DNA from: Podarcis melisellensis
Taxonomy: Eukaryota
NCBI GenBank assembly: GCA_964234715.1
Contig: OZ174288.1
DNA length: 64,000 nt
Strand: one strand, 5' to 3'
The translations under genes and the position numbers were made by a program. A model generated the notes under the pieces. That model was not told where the DNA came from. It searched no databases and saw only the letters and a program-made list of their open reading frames with translations. Below, piece by piece: positions 1 to 13,013 of the stretch (positions are counted from its first letter, which is position 1; each line of letters starts with the position of its first letter).

Positions 1-796
1 CTTGTGGGAATTCCCACCTGAATTGAATGTTGTTTTGTTTTAGTAAGTCGACTAGGTCTTTAAATTGTGTTCTGACCTCCAAAAAGTATCTAGGAATATC
101 TTTGAAGATCTGTATTTGGGAATTTTTAATAATCAATGCCCTCTGGAAATGTAGGTTCAGTATTTTATCTCTTTCTTCCTTGGATCTGAGAGTTATTAAG
201 CAATCCCTTGGCTTCTTACCTTGCTTTCTGCCAATCCGGAAGGCTGTAGTTATTGTAAAATCCTCTTCCTCTTCCCCCAACTCTTCACTCCAAGATTCTT
301 GGAACTTGTCTGTAAGGAATTCCCCGAGCTTGTCCTCCTCCTCCTCAGGTACCAATCTCAATTTCAAATTCTTGCCTTTCCTCTCCAATTCCATGAGGGC
401 CAGGGCTTCATCATGCTCGTGTACCTTCTTTGCAATAGGAACAAATTTCCCTTTGGTTTCCTCGGCCGTGGTCCTCGCGCTTTCGGCTATTTTCCTCGTC
501 TCTGTACTTTCCTGAATTAAACGGTTTATAGAATCTGTATTAGTCGATATTATTGTCGTGTTCAAATCCAATCTTGTTGTCAATTCAGTCAGTTTCTTGG
601 AGTTCTCTGTTGATTGCCTAGTAAGTGATTCTAAAGATTCATTTATCCTGAGTAGAGCCTGTGTCATTGAATCCATTGATACCGTTGTTGTTCTTTCCTG
701 TGTTGCTGTTGCTCCTGTCAAGGAGCCTCTTTTCTTTTGAGCCTGAGCCTGTTTTGCTTTGGATCTTGTTGATATTTCATCCAGTGGGCCGCTCAT
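1..796 (-). CDS. L1 ORF1p (coiled-coil, RRM, CTD), open to window edge
   Basis: Manual translation from ATG at 796: MSGPLDEIST...ERKGKNLKLRLVPEEE...TAFRIGRKQGKKPRDCLITL...RDKIL...IQIFKDIP...IQFRWEFPQ; no stop in 265 codons (absent from ORF track because it has no stop in the window). Confidence 0.88.
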   Translation of the reverse strand, partial: MSGPLDEISTRSKAKQAQAQKKRGSLTGATATQERTTTVSMDSMTQALLRINESLESLTRQSTENSKKLTELTTRLDLNTTIISTNTDSINRLIQESTETRKIAESARTTAEETKGKFVPIAKKVHEHDEALALMELERKGKNLKLRLVPEEEEDKLGEFLTDKFQESWSEELGEEEEDFTITTAFRIGRKQGKKPRDCLITLRSKEERDKILNLHFQRALIIKNSQIQIFKDIPRYFLEVRTQFKDLVDLLKQNNIQFRWEFPQ

Positions 797-1724
797 ATCT
801 CAAGGTCGTTCCCACAGGAACAGTTGCAGTTGGAAAATCCCACTGTTTCTACCTCAATGCAGCAGTCTCTCTTTTAAGCCTCTAGAGGGAGTACATTGTA
901 TCCAGTACGAAGACAAAGAAACAGGGAAAGAAATAGCCATGCAAAGTTCCAAAAGCGAAAGTCCAAGTAAACTTTGTAGCAATTTAAAATGTTGCAAATT
1001 TTGTCCACTAAAGCCCTGTTATTTTATATCAGATAAATCTTACTTTGTATCCTCAGTCAAATTTGACAGCTCACTTCAGGCGCTCACTGTTCCGGCAGCC
1101 TGGCCAGAGGTATCGGCAGTGGAAGGTTTCCCGTTCAAAACTCCTTTCTTAAGCAGATAAAATTAAGTCAAATTTCTTCCCCCCCTCTCCTGCTCATTGG
1201 GGGGGGAGGTCCTCTTCCGATGTCAGGTTTAACAAAGTTAAAAAGCATAAAAACGTCCCTTTTAAGCACAGCTTACTCTTTTCGTTGCTCAGTCAATCAT
1301 GCAGTTCCGGGGGGCAGACTTCCTTAATTTTTGCCTCTCCCGTTTTCAGCCAAATCTTCTTAAATTTTAAAGTCCCGTTCCCTTTGTTTGCTGTTCTTAC
1401 TCACGGGTGTTGTTTCCAATCGGTAGTTTCAGGAAGGAATCGGCGCTCTCCGTCAATGGCGACGCGGCTTCGCTCCGTGAGCTGGGTTGCGATCCTCAGC
1501 ACCGCGCTCACACCCGATGCTGCTCCGGAGCCTTTAAAAAGGCTCTTTCGCGATACCGGGGGGCGCAAAGGTGCCCACCGAATCTCCTTGTTCACAGGCT
1601 TCAGCGCCTGTGATTTTAGGGGTCCCCCGCTCGCCGTAGCGGGTCAGACCCGAACTCACGGAGCAGTCCTGCTTCGGAGCTCGAAGCAAGGACCGCCATT
1701 AACGCTGGCGCCGACCGGAAGTCC
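1..1724 (-). mobile_element. LINE-1 5' end (5'UTR plus ORF1), antisense within HCN4 intron 4; continues beyond window start
   Basis: Minus strand starts GGACTTCCGGTCGGCGCC...AATGGCGG (L1-type CpG-rich 5' end with YY1-like core), preceded by TT/AAAA endonuclease-type site; followed by ORF1. Confidence 0.9.
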
Positions 1725-2276
1725 GTAGGTTTGCTTTTAAATGAAAATTCAATCAAATTGCTCCAACTACCACAGTCTTTTTAAGTAGCTAGCAATACCC
1801 TGTTATTGCCCCTAGTGCCCCGGTTTGGTATTTGGAAAGACAATGTTGTAGTTTTAGAGATGCCTGTAAAACGGCATCTAGGCAGCTGACAGGAGGCCAT
1901 ATTGCTTTTTCCTGAGAGAGGCACATCCAATACAGAGAACAATGTTAAGCATTGTGAGGTGCTCTTACAACAGAGAGCCATTAGTTGATAGCAGTGTAAT
2001 TGATTTCCAGCCACTAAGAATGCAGGTGAACCATTTGACTTGGGCCATTAGTGGCAGCACTCATGAATATTCTCGACCATCTTAGCTGTGGGCGTCTCGA
2101 GACAAGAGGCAGCGAAGTTCCAGGAAACCCCATCAGCACCCACTCTGCCTCCTTGAATACATTAAGCCGTCCTCCCTGATCTTTGGCTTCATCAGGTGGT
2201 TATCATGCAAGGCATGCTAGAACAGGCCATCCCAGCAGCAAATGAGTGACACTCGTGTTTGCGGGAAACAGTGTAG

Positions 2277-2610
2277 AGGGATGGAGAAATGTGATTCCCT
2301 TTGCATTTAAAGCTGAATCTTTCAAATCTGCACTTTCTGAAACAATATGTGAGCTGAAACGCAGCCCCTTTGAAATTTGCACTCCAAAACTGGCAATGCA
2401 TCTCTGCGGCCAAGTAAGGTGCACAAATACACATATGCAAGGCTTCGTGGAAAAGAAGATATTGCTAAAAATAACATACAAAAATGCGTTGGATTGGGAG
2501 AGATTGCTTGCGAAAATGTGTGCGCAGCAGCAGAAACCGCACATAAAAAAAGGGTCGATTAGGATAAATTCACACAAAATCGCTGGTGAATTTTCACAAG
2601 GAATTTTGCA
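2277..2610 (+). mobile_element. Old hAT-like MITE fragment (AGGGATGG-end family)
   Basis: Similar to the copy at 21172-21599. Confidence 0.5.
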
Positions 2611-2740
2611 CCTGGAAGGCCACAGGTCCCCCATTGCTAAATCACAGCAAAGTTCATCAACTTGGTACCCTCCAGATCTCTTGACCTACAACTCCTGCAT
2701 TCTCCTACTTTAGCCCCATTCCATGTAGTGATGTTTTGCT

Positions 2741-2790
2741 TTTGTGTTTGTTTGTTTGTTTGTTTGTTTGTTTGTTTGTTTGTTTGTTTT
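2741..2790. repeat. (TTTG)n microsatellite
   Basis: Direct observation. Confidence 0.95.
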
Positions 2791-3422
2791 CTGGGATAGC
2801 AGTCAGAGGAGAGAATGGAGCAGCCTTTGAGGGATTCTGAGAATTTGCAAGGAACTCTTGAAGCACCCAGCTGATGGCAGCAATGGCAACTGCCAGGCCA
2901 CTTGCCCATCACTAGTCCTGGTCCTGGTTGGGCAGCAGAAAGAGACAGTGCATTGCTATGTAGAACAGGGAGGGGAACCTGTGGCCTTCCAGGTATTGTT
3001 GGACTCCATGGCCTATCAATCCCAGTCAGCACCGCCGGTGTCACAGATTATGGGAGATGTAGTTCAGCAACCTCTGGAGGGCGCCAGGTGCAGGGTAAGT
3101 GCATACACAAATGCACAATTTTCACCTTCAAGTCCTCACACTCCCAATGCCACAGATTATTTTGTTAGGGCTGGGGTCTGACCTTGTGGTCTTCTTCACT
3201 AACAATCTATGACGTAACCAATTACCTAACCTCTAAGGAGGTGATCCTAAAGCAGGTGCCAAGAGCAAGCCTTTTAAAATTAAGTTGCCCAGTGCATTTG
3301 GAAGCAAGTTAATGTTTGACTGTCATTTACATTACATGCATGTTTCTTCTCACTTTACCCTGGTGTGTGCATTTTTGTACACATGATGACTTGGCTGCGG
3401 AACTACATTGCAAAATTCGAAG

Positions 3423-3709
3423 AAGGGCCAGATTTAGGTTTGATGAGGGCCTTAGCTACTGAAGGTAATGGGGCCCTTTATATGTCCAGCTGTCCTTTGT
3501 CAACAACAATTTGTCGCTGTTTTTGTGTTGAATACATGCTATATGGTAAATTATGGACCTAATAGGTATCTAAAGCCATTTGTAGACAGCAAAATATGTA
3601 TTTTATCAAAGTACATCCAGTTTTTCCCCCCTTTAATATTTTTGGGAGCCCCCAAGAGAGTGGGGTCCTAAGCTATAGCTTGTTTAGCTTATACATAAAT
3701 CTGGCACTG
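3423..3709. mobile_element. hAT-like MITE
   Basis: Imperfect TIRs AGGGCCAGATTTA / TAAATCTGGCACTG. Confidence 0.55.
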
Positions 3710-4083
3710 TGCACTATATAGAATTCCATGCAGATATATCCCTTAACCTTTATTTTTGGTTTCATTCATGATAGAAGTTTGGCTAAGGAGCACTTTGATT
3801 TAACACTTTTGCTGCCAGTCATTTTCCTTTCTGAACCCCCAACTGCTTTTCTCCAATGGGGGGGCATGTGTGAAGTCACAGGGTCCTGTATCTTTTGGGG
3901 GGGAGAAGCCCACCTCCTGGAAAAGATTAAGCTGCTCCTTCTTCTCCTTTCACTTGCAATGCCCTATTCAAGAACTTAGTGTCTGTGGCTGCTTCTGGAG
4001 TAGGGGAAGTTATGTTTGACCCTTCATTGCTGTAATTGAAGGGCTATGTTTGAAAGGAGACAGGTTGTTAGCTTGGGTTAGAG

Positions 4084-4221
4084 CAGCGGTTCTCAACCTG
4101 TGGGTCCCCAGATGTTGTTGGACTACAACTCCCATCATCCCTGAGCTCTGGCCTTGCTAGCTAGGGGTGATGGGAGTTGTAGTTCAACAACATCTGGGGA
4201 CCCACAGGTTGAGAAGGGCTG
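4084..4221. mobile_element. Palindromic hAT MITE
   Basis: TIR CAG..GTTCTCAACCTGTGGG; 8-bp TSD GGTTAGAG at 4076-4083 and 4222-4229. Confidence 0.9.
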
Positions 4222-4289
4222 GGTTAGAGCATCTGTTCTGCATGCAAACAGCCTCAGGTTGAATCCCCAGGTAGGGCTGGAGGAGATGC

Positions 4290-4800
4290 TGTGGCGATCA
4301 CACAGGGTCCCCGGACGTTTCACCGTCTATTGATCCCTGTGCCACCACTTTATTTCTCGCTGCCACCACCCAGGCCCTACCTGGTACAATACTGAGTCCA
4401 GTCAGGTTTAAATTGGAACATAAACTTCTGTTTATTTATTGCAGTTTAACAAGCGTGCAGTTTCATAAACGGTATCGGTCAATTACAATCATGGGGTGCC
4501 TATCCAGACCTATAACTTCCGCTACCTGCTCTCACTCACTAAACCACCTCTCAGATATTTACTTGTCTTCCTAGCTCCTAACTGTTCCTGACTCAACTTA
4601 TTTCGCTACACTAACTCAACCTACCCACAGACTCTATCCCAATTCACTCCCACTCCAACCAACCACCCAACTCCCAACGAATTTCCCTTTAGCCCCTCCC
4701 AGAGCTGGTTTTATAGTCCCTCTGACTCCACCCCCTGGGTCCTGATTGGGTAACCTTTTTAACTATTTCCCCTCCAGCACTCTCATATGTTAACGTCACA
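4290..4800 (-). mobile_element. Solo LTR, 511 bp
   Basis: TG...CA ends; 5-bp TSD GATGC (4285-4289, 4801-4805); on minus strand CCAAT (~4746), TATAAAA (~4710) and AATAAA (~4431) in U3-R order. Confidence 0.88.
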
Positions 4801-5734
4801 GATGCCTGGTTTGAAACCCTGGAGAGCTGCTGCCAGCCAGTGCAGAAAGCTCTACAGTAGATGTACCAACGGTATGACTCATTATAAGACAGCTTCCTAT
4901 GTTCGTATGAAAGACAGATGGGTCTTTAAAATGCATGAAAATGCAACACTGAAAACACTGGTAAAGTTTAATCCAAGCCAGGATGTGTTATGCATTAGAA
5001 TTCTTCTTTTTCAAGCTAGGGTTCAACCCTGGGCCATGGGATGTGGTAATAAGCTACATCCATTCTAATGAGTCTTTTCTGGGTAATGCTCTTAATTAGT
5101 CATACAGAGATCTGTTCTGCAAGTGTGCCCTTGGGCATGTGCAAAGTGCCTCTCCGCACCACTGTGCAATTATAACTAGCCTCCACATAGCTGAGAAGAG
5201 GTGTTCTGAGGTCATGACTTCCAGGCAGATTTGTGATTTGCCTTGGCTTTTTAGATATCCTGCACTGCACAGAGGCCTCATTCCAGGGCAGGAAATGATG
5301 GCGCGGGGGGACACGAAACAGGTCCACGGGGTGCATGTCTTCTCATGTGCTACATTTTCAAGTATGCAATTTAATAATTGTGCATTGTTCCATGGGTCTA
5401 ATAAATACTTATTTTATTAACAAGCTCAAAACTCTGTGTGGCTTCCCACCGGCATTCCCCAACATCTCCACCGTTAACAGATCAGAAAGAATGCATTCGA
5501 CATGTGTCCTTCCCAACTAAGCGAATATATTCTAGAAAGTCAAGAGAAGGGCTGTGGGCAGATTTGTCCCCAAAATGGGTTTTAGTTTTAGCTCAATGAA
5601 GGGAAGAAAATTCAAGATGATGTCCAACCTTAGGTGTTCTCTTCTTGTCTGTAAAGAAGAGGTGTCTCGTCCCCTCGCTTCCTTTGGGGATTTCTTAGTT
5701 CAGAGAAAAGCCAAGTAAGAGTTTAGAAAACTAT

Positions 5735-6385
5735 GCCTGGCATGGAGAAAGTGGAAAGGTAAAAGTTTTTTATCCTTCCTCTTTCAGAAGAACTAGTGGA
5801 CACTGAACAAAATGAATGTTGGAAGACTCGGGGCAGAGAAATGCAGCGCATAGTTGGACTATGGAATTTGCTTCTTCAAGAGGCAATGGTGGCCACCAAT
5901 TTGGATGGTATCAAAAGAGGATTAGGCAAATTTTTGAAGGATAAAGCTATCCATGGCTAGTAGCTATGATGACAATGTTCCAGCTTCATCAGTGGTTGGC
6001 ATTGTTCCTCTTGAATACCAGTTGCTGAAAACAGAGTACTGTTGCTCTCAGATCCTGCTTGCTGATCTACCGTATTTTTTGCTCTATAAGACTCACTTTT
6101 TCCCTCCTAAAAAGTAAAGGGAAATGTGTATGCGTCTTATGGAACGAATGCAGGCTGCACAGCTATCCCAGAAGCCACAACAGCAAGAGGGATTTCTGCT
6201 TTCACTGCGCAGCGATCCCTCTTGCTGTTCTGGCCTCTGAGATTCAGAATATTTTTTTTTCTTGTTTTCCTCCTCCAAAAACTAGGTGCGTTTTGTGGTC
6301 TGGTGCGTCTTATAGAGCGAAAAATACAGTAGTTGGACTAGAGGAGCTATTGGCTTGATCCATCAGACTCTCCTTATCCTCTTCT
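5735..6385 (+). mobile_element. CR1 LINE 3' fragment interrupted by a MITE
   Basis: Degenerate CR1 end (TGGAATTTGCT..GGCCACCAA..GGATGG..AAAAGAGGATTAG..). Confidence 0.6.
6070..6329. mobile_element. Tc1/mariner (Tigger-like) MITE, CCGTATTTTT family
   Basis: TIRs CCGTATTTTT.GCTCTATAAGAC, TA flanks; related copies at 12078 and 50188. Confidence 0.88.
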
Positions 6386-6408
6386 ATGATATATGATATA
6401 TGTTAATG

Positions 6409-6455
<47 letters not shown>
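6409..6455. repeat. (AAT)n microsatellite
   Basis: Direct observation. Confidence 0.95.
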
Positions 6456-6456
<1 letters not shown>

Positions 6457-7144
6457 GCAACCATAGCAATAATTCATTGGGTACTAAAACAACCAACTGC
6501 CCATAAATATTTATCAGGAAGAATTTCCGGACGGGCAGCAAGGAGCCTAAAGGCTAACAATTTTTATGATGGCATCACCTTGAGTCCACTTCACAAATGT
6601 ATGACGTATAATCGTCAGATTTAATTTCAAAGCAATTGGAAGCCGAAATGTTTTGTGACATAAAAAATTTTCTGTTTTGTTAATGAACTATAATTGAGCA
6701 ATGGTAGTTATTGAAACGATCGGCTTGGCAGCGCTGAGTTAATTAACACGTTTGGTGGGAAAGGAAACCATTTTCTGTATTCAGGCCCAGATGCATGGAG
6801 TTGAACTTCTTGATGAGTTGCAGTCCAACACTGGAGCCTCGGGGCTTATCATTGGCCTTTGTCTTGCATACATTCTGGCTCTGATTTCATTTCCCTTATC
6901 TTCCCCGACCCCCAGTTCCTTTCTGAAGTCGCTGCTTACAAGTCCACCACCACCACTCTTGGTGGATTATTCTATGCATCTGATAGTCTTCAACTTGCCT
7001 CTTTGTTGGTTTTACCAGGATCATCACTAACAATCTGGTCCTGGGTAGTCTTCTTAAATTACTCACAGTCCCCATTTCCCTCTCTTTGCCTTTAGGGATG
7101 CGTTTGTTAAAAAATTGTGAGTGTGCATCATTAGATTAGGTTAT

Positions 7145-7349
7145 TAGGTCCAGTATATCTGAAGAAGCGTCTCCACCCCCATCGTTCTACCCGGACACTG
7201 AGGTTCTGATGGTTCCCTCCCTGCGAGAAATGAGGTTACAGGGAACCAGGCAGAGGGCCTTCTCGGTAGTGGCGCCTTCCCTATTAATATTTTTTTGGAA
7301 GCCGCCCAGAGTGGCTGGGGAAGCCCAGCCAGATGGGTGGGGTATAAAC

Positions 7350-7396
<47 letters not shown>
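7145..7396 (+). mobile_element. L2 LINE 3' fragment with (TAT)n tail
   Basis: GGGAACCAGGCAGAGGGCCTTCTCGGTAGTGGC..CGCCCAGAGTGGCTGGGG shared with 12571-13018. Confidence 0.75.
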
Positions 7397-7617
7397 GATT
7401 GGTCGCTCTGGGTTTCAGCTGCCAAGCCTATAAAAGTCAGTCAAGGCTGCAATCCAGAGCTTCACTGGACACAGTGGGACGTACATCTGAATATGCGTAG
7501 GCAAGGCTGGCACTAGGTTTCTGGGATGCTGGACCAATTTGACCTGACTCTTTCTGAAACAGCTTCTGACACTCTATGCGATGGCTTCCTGCAGTCCCAG
7601 GAGAGGGGGGTGTCTAG

Positions 7618-7866
<249 letters not shown>

Positions 7867-8082
7867 TGAGGGGTTACGCAACAAGGGGGGGACCCCATTG
7901 GGGACTGAAGAGTGTGTCCGGAACACTAAAGAGTTAGGCCTATTAAAGAAAACGTAGCAAGAGGTCAACAGATTAATCAACTCGCAGCTTTGTGTTAAGT
8001 TGATTAACCTGCTGATTGGTTAAATCTATGAATGTCCACATAGGGAAGGAAAAATCCCAACAGCTTTCAAATAAGAAGCGTA

Positions 8083-9140
<1,058 letters not shown>

Positions 9141-9156
9141 AATGTAGTGTCACAGA

Positions 9157-9406
9157 GTTGCATCCAATGGAGCCCTAAGGTAAAGTCACTTAGCAGAAAC
9201 ATTTTGCACAGCAGAACACTGTTGTGCAAAAAGAATGCACAAGCAGTTTACTTTGTTGCCCAACAGATTGCAGAATCTGTTGCACAACAAATTTTCACTA
9301 GCACAACTGTTGCATTGGTGTCCTCTGTTGTGCAACATTAAAACTCACCAGTCTTCCAGCACAAGAATTCTTGCATTAGTGAACAGAGAATGTTGGATAG
9401 AAACTC
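9157..9406. mobile_element. Degenerate MITE with repeated TTGCACAA/TTGTGCAA motifs
   Basis: Imperfect TIRs GAGTTGCATCCAA / TTGGATAGAAACTC. Confidence 0.45.
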
Positions 9407-9697
9407 CTAAGTCATTTATACCCAAATTCATTTTGAATATACTGAACAACAGACCCTCACCTTTATAATACCAATGCATTTTTTAAAATGCACTGCATAA
9501 TGCTGTGAGCTTATCCATAAATCCCATTTCCCCCCTAATCATTTGTTTCACTAGATTTGAACTATTATCTCCATACCAAAAACACCCAGTATCAAAAGGT
9601 AAATAACATAAAATATAACAGCCAAGCCAGTGGGTTTAGCTCTAACTTTTTACATATATACACTGCTTTTGTGGGAGAAGCATCTGTGTGGGACACA

Positions 9698-9716
9698 TAG
9701 CACCCCCTAGTGGTGC
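9698..9716 (-). promoter_or_regulatory. Candidate CTCF site
   Basis: CACCACTAGGGGGTGCTA matches CCACYAGRKGGCRC closely; motif only. Confidence 0.55.
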
Positions 9717-10243
9717 TAGCAGGGATTACATTAAGAGCCCAAACCGATAAACCTAACAGGAGGTGTCATGAGCAATTCATCCTGTCTGTGGTAGACTGTC
9801 ACGATTTCTTCCCCAGGCTCCCCAGGAACTGCATCACATAATTTCATGCATCTTCCCAAAAGTACCATTCCTGCTACTCCTTGACAGGAAGCTGTGGCAG
9901 TTAATCCAGTGTAAACCATCAACCTATAAAAGTAGCTGTAGCTCAAAGAACTTCTCATATTTAGAGATCTCTAGAAAGGTAGCCTTGGAAACTCAGTGCT
10001 GGCTGTGACCCAACATGGTACAGATTTTATTTTTGTACAGCTCAGTCCTGGTGCTAGAAAGGTCAGATCCTTAACTGGCATCAGCCTTAGGCTGATTTTC
10101 CTAAATGTCCTGGTTAAGGCAGCGATGGGAAACTTGTAGTCTTCAAAATATTGCTGGACCCCATCTCCCCTCACCCCTCACCATTGCTTATGCTGGCTGG
10201 AGCTAATGGAACTTGTAGACCAGTAACATTTGGAGGGCTCTTC

Positions 10244-10397
10244 CATGGCTGTCAACTTTCAGATTTGAAAATAAGGGATCAGCAGCCTCACCTGTCCTGG
10301 GGACAGTCTACGGGATATCTAACAATCCGGGATAGCAGTGGTAAACGGCACTGGAATAAGGGAATTTCCCGCAAAAAAGGGAAGGTTGACAGCTATG
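10244..10397. mobile_element. hAT MITE
   Basis: TIR CATGGCTGTCAAC / GTTGACAGCTATG; 8-bp TSD GGCTCTTC/GGCTCTCC. Confidence 0.85.
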
Positions 10398-12077
10398 GGC
10401 TCTCCGCACACACCCCTCCCTGGGTGTAACACTGGAACTAGGAATCGGACCAAGAGAAAGCAGCTTTCTCTCTCTCTTTTTTTAAAACCATTTTTATTTG
10501 ATTTTTCCAATAAAATTATAAAAATCCAAATACATATCCACATATAGAGATTTATCCGAATCTCAGGACTCCATCCCCCTTACCTGGAGTCCTAATTTAA
10601 ATATTTAAAACTGCATCTTCTTCCAAACTCTAACTTTTATATCAGTCCATATTGTCCATAGTAAGTGTTACACTACAAGTGAAATCAAATTCTTTATCTG
10701 GAAAGATGGAAAGAGATCGAAAGCAGCTTTCTCCAGCTTGATGCCCTCAAGGTGTTGTTGATCAACAGAGATACTCCCATGAGCTCCAGCTAAGCCTGGC
10801 CAATGGTCAGGCATGATGGTAGGTGAACATGAAGGACATCAGGTTAGGGAAGTCTGGGCTATGGGATCATGCTCATCCTTCCATGCCAGGCACAAATTCC
10901 TCTCCCTCCTCTCTCCTTCACACCGATGGACACACAAACTCACATATACAGACCTCTTTCTGTCTCAGTTGCTATTGCGTATGACCATCAGCTCCCTGGC
11001 TTGAGCTTGCTATGCCATATTGGTAAATCCAATTCTGAAGATGAGTTTAATTGTGAAGCCAGTTTCACTTTGACCAGGGTTTGAAAGGGCCACGTGTCAG
11101 ATTGAAATTGCGTAGAGAAGAAAGGAAGAATTCATGGCTCAGAAAGGGAGGAGTAGATGAGCTTTTGAGGGGTTTTGGGGGGGGCCAAAACCCAAGCCAT
11201 AAAAGCTAGTTTTAGTTGAGCACACACTTGGTATATAGAAAGTCTTGAGTTCAGTAGAAAAGTCTGCAGATGAAAAGGATCAGGGAGCAGGTGATGGGAA
11301 GACCCATTTGCCCGAGACCCTGCCAGTTTGAGTAAGCCAAGAGTTGCCAAATTTTATAGGCATCCATTTCTACGCACACATTCCTCCAATATATGAATTT
11401 TTGCACACATTGCTGAGTTGGAGATCTCCATTGCGAAAAATGGAGAAATTTCGTGAACCTCGAAGGATAATTCAGTTTCTTTTACCTGTTGCTTTGCAAA
11501 ATGCAAATTAGGTTCTTCCTCATTAAAATGCAGGACGAGATTGAATTCCTCCTCCATCCCTACCTGGCATCAGGTTTGGAGGGGGAGTCACAAGTGCCTT
11601 TGGCTCAAATGCCACCAGGACAGGCAATCGTAACCTGCTCTGATCATGAGGTCGTAAGTCAGATCAAACACCATCAGCCCTCGGCCCCAGAGGGACTTGG
11701 CTTTGGCAAGATGTGTCATGACCTTCTGTTCCCACTTGTGTAGCAGAGGTGATTAGCATGCGCTGAATGAACTAGCCATGCCTGGAACGATGCTTGATAG
11801 CAGAACCCAAGTGGCTAATTAGATGAATGAATTACTATGTAGGAGAAAGGTGAGAACAGTGAGGAAATTACCAGATAGAGAGTTCACCCTATAAGCAAAA
11901 GAACCAAAAAAAGGAGTGTGATTATATACTTCACTGAATCGAGGGGGGTGGGGAGAGATTATACAGCACTGGTGAGTATAGGAAAATACAGAGAAGGCAG
12001 TACTAAATGCACTAGCGAATGTTCTAGCCAGACATTTAGAACAAGTATAACAATTCCGTATCTATCATCACTATGTA

Positions 12078-12435
12078 CCGTATTTTTCGCTCTATAAGAC
12101 GCACCTCACCATAAGAAACCTAGTTTTTAGAGGAGGAAAACAAGAAAAAAAATATTTTGAATCAAATGTTGTTGAAGAAAGCAACGCAAAGCTTCAGCAA
12201 AAGCAACACAAAGCCTCTTCAGTGCAATGGGAGGATCGCTCCTTCTGCCCCGAAGAGGCTTTGCGTGGCTATCCCAGAAGCCAGAACAGCAAGAGGGATC
12301 GCTGCACAGCAATCCCTCTTGCTGTTATGGCTTCAGCGATAGCTGCACAGCCTGCATTCGCTCCATAAGACGCACACACACTTCCCCTCACTTTTTAGAA
12401 GGGAAAAAGTGTGTCTTATAGAGCGAAAAATACGG
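12078..12435. mobile_element. Tc1/mariner MITE, CCGTATTTTT family
   Basis: Perfect TIRs CCGTATTTTTCGCTCTATAAGAC, TA flanks. Confidence 0.9.
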
Positions 12436-12471
12436 TATATGAATATGCAGCTCAAAACAGGTGTGATAAGA

Positions 12472-12959
12472 TGTCAGGGACTGGCTTCACACTGAGGAGT
12501 GGTGGCTGGTTACTGCGGAGGGGGCACCGGGAGAAGCTGAGTTGGAGACTGACTTTGAAGAAGGGATCCCAGTACGTTTCCGAGCACAATTCAAAGTGTT
12601 GTTGCTGACCTTTAAAACCCTAAAGTATACCTGAAGGAGCCCAGTATACCTGAAGGAGCGTCTCCACCCCCATCGCACTGCAGTCCAGCGCCAAGGGCCT
12701 TCTGGCAGTTCCCTTATTGCGAGAAGTGAGGTTACAGGGAACCAGGCAGAGGGCCTTCTCGGTAGTGGCACCCGCCCTGTGGAATCCCCTCCCATCAGAT
12801 GTCAAGGAAATAAACAACTGACTTTTAGAAGACATCTGAAGGCAACCCTGTTTAAGGAAGTTTTTAATGTTTGATTTTGATCCTATTTTTAATATTCTGT
12901 TGGGGATCGCCCAGAGTGGCTGGGGAGGCCTGTCCAGATGGGCAGGGTATAAATAATGA

Positions 12960-13013
<54 letters not shown>

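Larger units (their letters stand above)
4066..4905 (+). mobile_element. tRNA-derived SINE (Squam2-like) split by a MITE and a solo LTR
   Basis: tRNA-like head (TAGCTT..GGTTAGAGCA..GGTTGAATCCCC) resumes after both inserts; tail GAAACCCTGGAGAGCTGCTGCCAG...GCTTCCTATGTTC matches copy at ~16000. Confidence 0.7.

Noticed and set aside
27-1160. Plus-strand ORFs at window start
   Set aside because: Antisense shadows of L1 ORF1 and its 5'UTR
2130-2150. REST/NRSE-like TCAGCACC (also ~3025)
   Set aside because: Only the left half-site; no GGACAG half at the proper spacing
3068-3086. CTCF-like CCTCTGGAGGGCGCCA
   Set aside because: Lies in a high-copy MITE arm; weak as independent evidence
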